DNA of 64,000 nucleotides. Origin: Burkholderiaceae bacterium (GTDB taxonomy: Bacteria > Pseudomonadota > Gammaproteobacteria > Burkholderiales > Burkholderiaceae_E). The stretch lies in assembly GCA_021166725.1 (NCBI GenBank), contig JAJPES010000012.1, positions 14,635 through 78,634 on the forward strand, written 5' to 3'. The notes beneath the pieces are model-generated. The model did no database searches, had not been told where the DNA came from, and saw nothing but the letters and a program-made list of their open reading frames with translations. The translations under genes were made by a program, and so were the position numbers. Positions within the stretch are counted from its first letter, which is position 1; each line of letters opens with the position of its first letter. Positions 1 to 8,343 of the stretch are shown here, piece by piece.

Positions 1-141
1 CACCTTCAGGTCGAACAGGTCGGCGCCGTGCTGCGCGCTGTCGAACGCGTAGGCGACGGTCTGGTAGATGGGCACGGCGACCGATTTTGTCGTCGGCTCG
101 GGCTTGTAGCCCGCGTGTACGGCCAGGGTTTCGATGCGCAT
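1..141 (-). CDS. metY: O-acetylhomoserine aminocarboxypropyltransferase/sulfhydrylase (MetY family), N-terminal part running off the window edge
   Basis: Not in the ORF track; manual translation from ATG at 141 gives MRIETLAVHAGYKPEPTTKSVAVPIYQTVAYAFDSAQHGADLFDLKV, the typical Cys/Met-metabolism PLP enzyme N-terminus. Confidence 0.85.
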   Translation of the reverse strand, partial: MRIETLAVHAGYKPEPTTKSVAVPIYQTVAYAFDSAQHGADLFDLKV

Positions 142-244
142 GGGAGGGTTCCGGTTCGGGTGGTCGGCGGCGGGCGGCGTCCGTCTCCGCCTGCCGAACG
201 GACCCGGCATTCTGACAGCGACGCTCGTGCCGGGCGAACGATAT

Positions 245-267
245 GCATGAGCCGAAGGTGCTCATGC
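245..267. promoter_or_regulatory. Palindrome GCATGAGC-N7-GCTCATGC, possible operator
   Basis: Perfect 8-bp inverted repeat in the divergent metY/DUF2254 intergenic region. Confidence 0.3.
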
Positions 268-374
268 GTCGGCGAGTAGCGTCCGCGGCAGGCGGCGCCG
301 ACAGCCAGCTGCTGCGGGATCAGTCCGCAAGGAGAACGGCTCCGGGCGCTTCTGCGCATGCTAGCGTGAGCGAG

Positions 375-1730
375 ATGAAAGTGTTCGACCTCTGGGATCG
401 CCTGCGCACGAGTTTCTGGTTCCTGCCGTCGATGATGGCGGGCGCGGCGGTCGCGCTGTCGTTCGCGATGCTGGAGGTCGACGCGCGCCTGGGGCCGACC
501 GTGATCCGCAATGTCGGCTGGATGTACCGTTTCGGACCGGAAGGCGCGCGCACGCTGCTCTCGTCGATCGCGAGTTCGATGATCACGGTCGCCGGTCTTA
601 CGTTCTCGATCACGATGCTCACGCTGCAGCTGGCTACCTCGCAGTTCGGCCCGCGGCTGCTGCGCAACATCATGCGCAACCGCGGCAACCAGATCGTGCT
701 CGGCACGTTCCTCGCCACCTTCCTCTACTGCCTGCTCGTGCTGCGCACCGTGCGCGGCACCGACGACGAGACCTTCGTGCCGCACCTGTCGGCGGCATTG
801 GGCGTCCTGCTCGCCGTCGTGAGCATCGCGGTGTTGATCTACTTCATCCATCACGTCGCGAGCTCGATCCGCATCGAGTCGCTGCTCGAGACGCTGGCGC
901 GCGAAGCGCGTACGGCCATCGACCGGCTCTACCCGGAGCCGATCGGCGAGAACGTGCCTTCCGACCGGGCATCGGCGTCCGACGCAGGCGCGCACGCGGT
1001 CGGCGTCTCCTCGCGGATCGACGTGCCCGATTTCGCGGTCCATGGCAAGGCCGTGCATTGCCGGGAAACCGGATACGTGCAGGCGATCGATGCCCGGCAG
1101 TTGCTGGACATCGCGCAGGAATGCGAGCTGGTCGTCCGGATCGACACCGCGCCGGGTCGCTTCGTCACGCGGCGCGATCGATTGCTTACCGCGGTTCCTG
1201 CCGACAGGCTCTCCGACCGGGAGGCAGACCGCCTGGCGCAGGCCTTCCTCGTCGGTCCGGACCGTACGCCGATGCAGGATCTCGGATATTCGGTTCGCCG
1301 CCTGGTCGAGGTCGCGCAACGCAGCCTGTCCCCGGCCGTGAACGACCCGACGACGGCGCTGTACTGCGTAGACAGGCTCGTCGAAGCCTTCGAGTTGCTC
1401 GCGAGCCGCCGGCAGCCGTCGGCATTGCGCCTGGACGAGACGGGAACATTGCGTGTCGTTGCCGGGCGGATCGACGCCGCGGATCTCACCTGCGAATGTT
1501 TCGCTTCGGTCGCCCGCTACTCGATCGAGGACGCCGACGTGAGCGTGCGACTCGTCCAGGCGTTGTCACGGCTGGCCGCACTGCACGCGGGAGATGCGCG
1601 GGCGGCGATGATGGCTCTCGGCGAGGAGATCGGAGCCCGAGCCGTGGAAGCCGCGCGGCTCGCCTTCGACCGGCGCGCCGTCGAGTCGGCACGGCGCGCG
1701 CTGCTCGCCGCTCGGGGATCTCTTCCATGA
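375..1730 (+). CDS. DUF2254-family predicted membrane protein
   Basis: SFWFLP, LQLATSQFGPRLLRN, GYVQAID, RTPMQD, LSPAVNDPTTA motifs; N-terminal TM helices; ATG at 375 preferred over the ORF-track start. Confidence 0.85.
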   Translation: MKVFDLWDRLRTSFWFLPSMMAGAAVALSFAMLEVDARLGPTVIRNVGWMYRFGPEGARTLLSSIASSMITVAGLTFSITMLTLQLATSQFGPRLLRNIMRNRGNQIVLGTFLATFLYCLLVLRTVRGTDDETFVPHLSAALGVLLAVVSIAVLIYFIHHVASSIRIESLLETLAREARTAIDRLYPEPIGENVPSDRASASDAGAHAVGVSSRIDVPDFAVHGKAVHCRETGYVQAIDARQLLDIAQECELVVRIDTAPGRFVTRRDRLLTAVPADRLSDREADRLAQAFLVGPDRTPMQDLGYSVRRLVEVAQRSLSPAVNDPTTALYCVDRLVEAFELLASRRQPSALRLDETGTLRVVAGRIDAADLTCECFASVARYSIEDADVSVRLVQALSRLAALHAGDARAAMMALGEEIGARAVEAARLAFDRRAVESARRALLAARGSLP

Positions 1731-1815
1731 GCGGATGGCAATCGGCCCGCTCGCGACCAGGACATCGAGCATCGAAGCGCGCCTTCCTCGGCGCGGGCGT
1801 TGCTGCCGATCGGCG

Positions 1816-2910
1816 CTACCGGTTCGCGGCGGCACCGGCGGCGTCGGCGCCTGCTGCGCCCGCGGCGCGAGGAGCGTGCGCTGCGCCGGGAGCGCCTGCT
1901 GCGCCGGGAGCGCTCGTTGCGCCCGCCGGCATCCCCTCGATGGGTGGCGCCTCGCCGACGCGTTCGGCGAGGAACGGCGCGACGTCTCCGTCGCGCGTGG
2001 CGACGGCACCGATCATCCGTCCCGGTTCGATGCGCGCGTCCACGATGCGCAGCGCGCCGTCGGTGTCGGTGAAGGCGAAGTGCACCTGGTCGCCCAGCAT
2101 CCGCGCTTCGCGCATCGTCGTTTCCACGCCGGCCAGCGAGACGCGCCCGTCGAGCATCTGGAAGCGCTGGCGGATCCTCAGCATTGCGTCGATCGGTCCA
2201 CTCGACTGTTGAAGCTGCAGTTTCCAGTCGCCGCCTGCGTTGGCCGGGACGACCCACAGGTACATCGATCGCAGGCCGATCCTCGAGCTTTCCTCGGGTT
2301 CCCAGTCGCCCATCCGGAACTCGCGCGAGACGACGCGCGTGCCGGGCCGGGTCGCGAGCAGCGCGCTGCGCAGTCGCAGCGTGATCTCCTGCGTCAGGTA
2401 CATCGTGACGACGGTCGCGGAAGAGAGGTCGGCAGAGAGGAGGTCGCCCTGCTCGAAGGTGACGCGCCCGGAGACGCCTGCTTGCTCGGCGTTGCGCCGC
2501 GCCAGTTCGACGAGGTTCGGGTCGGAGTCGATTCCGCGGGCGCGTGCGCCGAACTCGCGCGCGGCGGCGATCGCGATCCTGCCGTCGCCCGATCCGAGAT
2601 CGACGAGCGTGTCGGATTCGTCGATCTGCGCGAGATGCAGCATCCGCGTGACGAGCGGATCGGAGGTCGCGACGCGCAGTGCCGCGCGAGCGGCCGGATC
2701 GCTGCCCGGTGGGGGGCGATTGTCGTTCGGCGGCGCGCGATTGTCGGCCGGCGGGAGGCGACCGCCGCGGTCGTCCTGGATTGCGGATGCGGATGCGGAT
2801 GCGGGATCGGCGGCGCGCGCGGCCGGCATCGACGCGAAGAGCCCGAGCGCCACTGCGGCGGCCGCGCGGCAAGCCCGGAAAAGATCGCGCCGGCACCGGC
2901 TCTTCGTCAT
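1816..2910 (-). CDS. Class I SAM-dependent methyltransferase with N-terminal export-like signal
   Basis: LVDLGSGDGRIAI motif I, GIDSD, FEQGDLL, ATVVTMYL, PGTRVVS; GGAGGAG RBS before ATG 2910; RR-containing hydrophobic leader. Confidence 0.8.
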   Translation of the reverse strand: MTKSRCRRDLFRACRAAAAVALGLFASMPAARAADPASASASAIQDDRGGRLPPADNRAPPNDNRPPPGSDPAARAALRVATSDPLVTRMLHLAQIDESDTLVDLGSGDGRIAIAAAREFGARARGIDSDPNLVELARRNAEQAGVSGRVTFEQGDLLSADLSSATVVTMYLTQEITLRLRSALLATRPGTRVVSREFRMGDWEPEESSRIGLRSMYLWVVPANAGGDWKLQLQQSSGPIDAMLRIRQRFQMLDGRVSLAGVETTMREARMLGDQVHFAFTDTDGALRIVDARIEPGRMIGAVATRDGDVAPFLAERVGEAPPIEGMPAGATSAPGAAGAPGAAHAPRAAGAAGADAAGAAANR

Positions 2911-2933
2911 CGCTTTCTCCTCCTGCGCACCTT

Positions 2934-3758
2934 TCATCGCTCGGGAATCTCCTTCATCACCTGAGCATAGGCGAGCAGCGCGAAGATGACCGTGCCGCCG
3001 ACGACGTTGCCGACCAGCGAGGGCAGGAAGAATCCGCCGACGAACTCGCCGATGCCGATGCGGGCATTCAGTAGCAGGAACCAGGCTTCGATACTGCCCG
3101 CGACGATGTGCGCGAAGCCCCCGGCGGCGATCAGCCACGTCATGATGAGGACCACCAGCGTCTGGTTGTGCCCCGCGCCGGGCATCATCCACACCAGCGT
3201 CGCCATCAGGAAGCCGGCGCCGATCGCGCGTATCGTGACCTCGAACCACGGGCCGCCGATCGCATGTTCGCTCACCCGCAGCATCGCGTCGAAGGTCTCG
3301 GGCGGCACCGCCGGCAGGAAGCTCGCGAACGCCGCGGAGATCAGCGTTCCGGCGAGGTTCGCGCCGAGCACGATCGCCCAGTTGCGAGCGGCCGCGCCGA
3401 AGTTCGCCGCAGTGGGTTCGGCCATCACCGGGAGCACGACGGTGATCGTGTTCTCGGTGAACAACTGCTGACGCCCGAGGATCACGATGAGGAATCCGAA
3501 CGGATAGCCGAGCGCGACCAGCAGATCGCGCCCTGCCATTTCGGGCAGATGCTGCATCAGCACCGCCTGCGCGACCAGCGAGAAGCTGATCGACAGCCCC
3601 GCGGCGAGCCCCGACCACCACAGCGAGATCGCCGGCCGCGCCATTTCCTCCTCGCCGTTGCGGCGCACGGCCTCGTAGATGATCGGCGATGGCGGTGTCG
3701 CGCGGCGCTCGACCTGCTCGATCTTCTTGCGGTCTTCCTGCTGCTGGCTCCTCGGCAT
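2934..3758 (-). CDS. Formate/nitrite transporter (FNT) family protein, YfdC-like
   Basis: SGLAAGLSISFS, LGRQQLFTENT, FAHIVAGS, GNVVGG motifs; about 6 TM helices. Confidence 0.88.
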   Translation of the reverse strand: MPRSQQQEDRKKIEQVERRATPPSPIIYEAVRRNGEEEMARPAISLWWSGLAAGLSISFSLVAQAVLMQHLPEMAGRDLLVALGYPFGFLIVILGRQQLFTENTITVVLPVMAEPTAANFGAAARNWAIVLGANLAGTLISAAFASFLPAVPPETFDAMLRVSEHAIGGPWFEVTIRAIGAGFLMATLVWMMPGAGHNQTLVVLIMTWLIAAGGFAHIVAGSIEAWFLLLNARIGIGEFVGGFFLPSLVGNVVGGTVIFALLAYAQVMKEIPER

Positions 3759-3842
3759 AGCGTCTCCTCGTCGTCGAAAACGACCGCATCAGCAAGGATG
3801 CGGCCCGAGAGCACGCGCAGCTGCACGCCCGGCCGTGCCCGG

Positions 3843-6800
3843 CTACCAGTCTCCGCCGATCGCACCCAGCAGCGCCACGGTTGCCACCAGGCGTCGGCCG
3901 TGCAGCGACAGCAGTGCCTGCTCGCTCTGCAGCACGGTGGTCTGCGCCTGGATCACGTTCAGGTACGAGACGGTTCCGGCCTTGTACTGCAAGGTGACGA
4001 TGTCCAGCGAAATGCGCGCCGCGGCCACTACCTCGCGCTGGACGCCCTCTTCGTCGGCCAGCACCCGCAGCGCGACCAGGTTGTCCTCGACTTCCTGGAA
4101 GGCCTGCAGCACCGTCTGCCGGTAGCCGGCCACCGTGGCATCGTAGTCGGCGAGCGCCTGCTCGGTGACCGCCTCGCGCGCGCCGGCGTCGAACAGCAGT
4201 GCGGCGAGCGCCGGGCCGAGCGACCAGACGCGGCTGGGCAGCGAGAGCAGGTCGCCGAACCGGGTCGCGCGCAGGCCGACGTCCGCCGACAGCGTCAGCG
4301 ACGGAAAGTACGCTGCGCGCGCGATGCCTATGCGCGCATTGGCCGCTGCCACCTGCCGCTCGGCGGCGGCGACGTCCGGCCGACGTTCGAGCAGTCGCGA
4401 GGGCAGGCCCGGCGGCACGGGCGGCGCAGTCGCTCGCAGCGGCTGCTCGTCGAGCGCGAACGTCGCCGGCGCGCGCCCGGTGAGCACTGCGATCGCGTGC
4501 TCCAGCTGCGCGCGGGCGATGCCGACGTCCATGCGTTGCGCCTCGACGGTCAGCAGTTGCGCCTGCGCCTGCGCCACGTCGCCGCGCGTCGCGACGCCGG
4601 CCGAAAGACGGTCGCGCGTCAGTTGCAGCGAGCGTTGGTACGAGGAGACCGTCTCGCCGAGCAGCCTGCGCTGTGCATCGGCCACGCGCAGCTGGAAGTA
4701 GCTCTGCGCAATGAGCGCATGCGTGGACAGGCGCGCGGCGGCAAGCTCGGCGGCCCCGCCCTCGGCGCCGGCCTGCGCCGCAGCGACGCTCGCGCGCACG
4801 CGCCCCCAGAGGTCGGCCTCCCAGCTGGCCGATGCGTCGACGCCGAAGGCGTTGCCGGTGATCCCGCTCGCCGAACGGCCGCGGCTCGACGATGCGCCTG
4901 CCGAGACGGCCGGGTACAGCCCGGCGCGGGCGGCGACGACCGCTGCGCGTGCACTGCGCAGCCGGGCCTCGGCGATGCGCAGGTTCTGGTTCGCGCGGTC
5001 GGCGTCGGCAATCAGCGACTCGAGCACCGGATCGTCGAAGACCTCCCACGAGACCCTGGCGGCGTGCAGATCCGACTGCGCGGGTTGCCACACGCCGGTC
5101 GGTTGCGCTTCCTTGTACTCCGGCGGGACGACGATTGCCGGACGCTCGTATTCGGGTGCCGCCGCGCAGCCGGCGAGCAGCAGCGCCACCGCGCACAGCG
5201 CGAGCAGGCGCAGCGGGTGCGCGAAGGGCGTGCTCGATGCGCCGTCGGACGCGCGCCGGCGACGCGTCCATCGCTGCCGCAGCCGGTCTAGCGCAAGATA
5301 GACGACCGGCGTCGTGTACAGCGTGAGCAGCTGGCTCACCGCCAGCCCGCCGACGATCGCGATGCCCAGCGGCCTGCGCAGTTCGGCGCCGTCGCCGGCG
5401 CCCAGCGCCAGCGGCACCGCGCCGAGCATCGCCGCCACGGTCGTCATCAGGATCGGACGGAAGCGCAGCCGGCAGGCGCGGTGGATCGCCTCGCGCGGCG
5501 ACAGGCCCTGCTCGCGCTCGGCGGCCAGCGCGAAGTCGATCAGGATGATCGCGTTCTTCTTCACGATGCCGATCAGCAGCAGCACGCCGATCAGCGCGAT
5601 GACGCTGAACTCGGTGCCGGTGGCCATCAACGCGAGCAGCGCGCCGACGCCGGCCGACGGCAGCGTCGAGAGGATCGTGATCGGGTGCACAAGGCTCTCG
5701 TAGAGGATGCCGAGCACGAGATACACGGTGACGAGCGCGGCAAGGATCAGCAACGGCTGGTTGGCGACCGTTTTCCGGAACGCGCTCGCCGTGCCCTCGA
5801 ATCCGTGCTGCAGCGTAGTCGGCGCGCCGATGCGCGCGATCGCGTCCTCGATCGCGTCGGTGGCCTGCGACAGCGAGACGCCCTCGGGCAGGCCGAAGGA
5901 AATCGTCGACGCGACGAATCCGGCATCGTGGCTGACGCCCAGCGGTGTCGTCGTCGGTTGCCAGCTGGCGAAAGTGGACAGCGGCACCGGCTCTCCGGCG
6001 GCGTTCAGCACGCTCAGCGTGCGCAGGTCCTGCGGACTGTCGCGGAACTGCGCGCCCACGTCGAGCACGACGTGGTACTGGTTCAGTGCCTCGTAGATCG
6101 TCGACACCTGTCGCTGTCCGTAGGCATCGTTGAGCAGGCTGGTGACCTGCCTCGGGCGAATGCCCAGGCGCGCCGCCGCGTCGCGGTCGATCGTCAGCGT
6201 GACCTGGCTGCCCTTGTCTTCGGCGTCGGTGTCGATGTCGACGAGTTGCGGCAGGCGGCTCATCGCATTGCGGATGCGCGGCTCCCACAGCCGCAACTCG
6301 TTCAGGTCGTCGCTCTTGAGCGTGTACTGGTAGGTCGAGCTGCTCTCGCGACCGCCCACGCGGATCTCGCTCTGCCCGACCATGTACAGTCGCGCGCCGG
6401 GTACCTTCGCCGACGCGCTGCGCAGCCGCGCGATCACCGCGTCGGTGCTTTCGCGCTGCGCCAGCGGCACCAGCGAGATGAACATCGACCCGCCGTTCAG
6501 CCGCGAACCGCCGGTGTAGCCGGTCACGTTGGCCACTGCCGGATCGCGACGAACGATGTCCATGAACGTGCGCAGCTTCTCCTGCATCGCGCTCGACGAG
6601 ATGCTCTGGTCGCCGCGCACCGACGCGTAGATGCGGCCCGTGTCCTGCGCCGGAAAGAAGCCTTTCGGCACGATGGTGTACAGCCAGACGTTCAGCGCGA
6701 TCGTCGCCGCGAGGACGAGCAGCATCGGCCAGCGATGGTCGAGCGCCCAGCCGACGCTGCGCGAATAGCCGGCAGCGGCGCGTTCGAAGCCGAGCCGCGC

Positions 6801-8339
6801 GAAGCGCGCGGGGCGCATCTCGCGCCCGCGCTCGGCTGCGTCGCGCTCGCGCGCGCGCTCCGAACCGAGGAAGCGCGCACCCAGCATCGGCGTCGTCGTC
6901 AGCGATACGACGAGCGAAATCAGGATCGCCACCGACAGCACGATGCCGAACTCGCGGAAATAGCGTCCGATCAGCCCGCCCATCGCGAGGATCGGGATGA
7001 ACACGGCGATCAACGACAGGCTGATCGCGACGACCGTGAAGCCGACCTCGCGCACGCCGTGGATCGCGGCGTCGAAGCGCCCTTCTCCGGCCTCGCGCCG
7101 GCGCGCGATGTTCTCGACGACGACGATCGCATCGTCGACGACGAAGCCGGTGGCGATCGTCAGCGCCATCAGCGACAGGTTGTCCAGGCTGTAGCCGGCG
7201 AGGTACATCACGCCGAAGGTGCCGATCAGCGAAGTCGGCACCGCCACGGCGGGGATCAGCGTGGCGCGCGCGCTGCGCAGGAACAGGAACACCACCAGCA
7301 CCACGAGCACGACCGACAGCACGAGCGTGCGCTGCACTTCGCGCAGCGACGCGCGGATCGTCGTCGTGCGGTCCATCGTCACGACGAGGTCCATCGCCGC
7401 CGGCGCCGACGCCTGCAACGACGGCATCAGTTCGTGGATGCGATCGACCGTCGCGATGATGTTCGCCGCCGGCTCGCGATAGGCAATCAGCAGCACCGAC
7501 GGCCGCCCGTTGGCGAAACCCGACTGGCGCTCGTCCTCGATCGACTCGCGCACCCAGGCAACGTCGGAAAGCCGCACCGCCGCGCCGTTGCGCCAGGCGA
7601 CGACGAGCGGGCGATAGTCGGCCGCCAGCCGCGACTGGTCGTTGGCCTCGATCTGCCAGCGCCGCGCGTCGTCGGCCACCGACCCCTTCGGGCGGTTCGC
7701 ATTGGCATCGGAAATCGCCTGGCGCACCGCCTCGAGGCCGATGCCGTAGCGATCGAGCTGCAGCGGATTCACCGACACGCGCACCGCCGGCAGCGAGCTG
7801 CCGCCGACGACCACCTGTCCGACGCCCGCCACGCGCGACAGTTTCTGCGCGAGCACGGTGGACGCGACGTCGTAGATCTGGCCCTGCGTCATCGAGTCGG
7901 AAGTGAGCGCGATGATCAGGATCGGCGCTTCGGCCGGGTTCACCTTGCGGTAGGTCGGATTGCGCACCAGCCCCGAAGGCAGCGACGCGCGTGCGGCGTT
8001 GATCGCCGCCTGCACGTCGATCGCTGCCGACTCGATGCTGCGATCGAGCTCGAACTGCAGCACGATGCGCGTTTGCCCGAGCGAGTTGTACGAGGTCATC
8101 TCGGTGACGCCCGCGATCTTGCCGAGCGAACGCTCGAGCGGCGTGGCGACGGTGGCCGCCATCGTCTCCGGGTTCGCGCCCGGAAGCGACGCCGAGATCG
8201 AGATCGTCGGATAGTCCACCTGCGGCAGCGGCGCCACCGGCAGCATCGCGAGCGCGGCCAGGCCGGCGAGCACGATGGCCAGCGTCAGCAGCGTCGTCGC
8301 CACCGGGCGGCGCACGAAGGTCTCGAAGAATCCGCTCAT
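3843..8339 (-). CDS. mdtC: MdtC-like RND permease fused in frame to a NodT/OprM-type outer-membrane factor lipoprotein
   Basis: aa 1-~1030: [36 protein letters not shown]. Then lipobox LLAGC (Cys1058) and an OMF domain (WEADLWGRVR, LLERRPDVAAAE, AFQEVEDNL, GGDW end); no stop between the parts. Confidence 0.88.
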   Translation of the reverse strand: MSGFFETFVRRPVATTLLTLAIVLAGLAALAMLPVAPLPQVDYPTISISASLPGANPETMAATVATPLERSLGKIAGVTEMTSYNSLGQTRIVLQFELDRSIESAAIDVQAAINAARASLPSGLVRNPTYRKVNPAEAPILIIALTSDSMTQGQIYDVASTVLAQKLSRVAGVGQVVVGGSSLPAVRVSVNPLQLDRYGIGLEAVRQAISDANANRPKGSVADDARRWQIEANDQSRLAADYRPLVVAWRNGAAVRLSDVAWVRESIEDERQSGFANGRPSVLLIAYREPAANIIATVDRIHELMPSLQASAPAAMDLVVTMDRTTTIRASLREVQRTLVLSVVLVVLVVFLFLRSARATLIPAVAVPTSLIGTFGVMYLAGYSLDNLSLMALTIATGFVVDDAIVVVENIARRREAGEGRFDAAIHGVREVGFTVVAISLSLIAVFIPILAMGGLIGRYFREFGIVLSVAILISLVVSLTTTPMLGARFLGSERARERDAAERGREMRPARFARLGFERAAAGYSRSVGWALDHRWPMLLVLAATIALNVWLYTIVPKGFFPAQDTGRIYASVRGDQSISSSAMQEKLRTFMDIVRRDPAVANVTGYTGGSRLNGGSMFISLVPLAQRESTDAVIARLRSASAKVPGARLYMVGQSEIRVGGRESSSTYQYTLKSDDLNELRLWEPRIRNAMSRLPQLVDIDTDAEDKGSQVTLTIDRDAAARLGIRPRQVTSLLNDAYGQRQVSTIYEALNQYHVVLDVGAQFRDSPQDLRTLSVLNAAGEPVPLSTFASWQPTTTPLGVSHDAGFVASTISFGLPEGVSLSQATDAIEDAIARIGAPTTLQHGFEGTASAFRKTVANQPLLILAALVTVYLVLGILYESLVHPITILSTLPSAGVGALLALMATGTEFSVIALIGVLLLIGIVKKNAIILIDFALAAEREQGLSPREAIHRACRLRFRPILMTTVAAMLGAVPLALGAGDGAELRRPLGIAIVGGLAVSQLLTLYTTPVVYLALDRLRQRWTRRRRASDGASSTPFAHPLRLLALCAVALLLAGCAAAPEYERPAIVVPPEYKEAQPTGVWQPAQSDLHAARVSWEVFDDPVLESLIADADRANQNLRIAEARLRSARAAVVAARAGLYPAVSAGASSSRGRSASGITGNAFGVDASASWEADLWGRVRASVAAAQAGAEGGAAELAAARLSTHALIAQSYFQLRVADAQRRLLGETVSSYQRSLQLTRDRLSAGVATRGDVAQAQAQLLTVEAQRMDVGIARAQLEHAIAVLTGRAPATFALDEQPLRATAPPVPPGLPSRLLERRPDVAAAERQVAAANARIGIARAAYFPSLTLSADVGLRATRFGDLLSLPSRVWSLGPALAALLFDAGAREAVTEQALADYDATVAGYRQTVLQAFQEVEDNLVALRVLADEEGVQREVVAAARISLDIVTLQYKAGTVSYLNVIQAQTTVLQSEQALLSLHGRRLVATVALLGAIGGDW

Positions 8340-8343
8340 CGGC

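Noticed and set aside
142-370. SAM/SAH riboswitch upstream of metY
   Set aside because: No recognisable consensus by eye; an Rfam/Infernal scan would be needed
1846-2805. Short tandem repeats (GCGCCTGCTGCGCC; GGATGC x3)
   Set aside because: They encode in-frame low-complexity linkers (GAAGAP, ASASAS) and are not phase-variation tracts
1816-6288. 1490-aa minus-strand ORF and many other long Arg/Ala/Pro-rich ORFs
   Set aside because: Shadow frames of high-GC genes; only the last 364 aa (methyltransferase) are real
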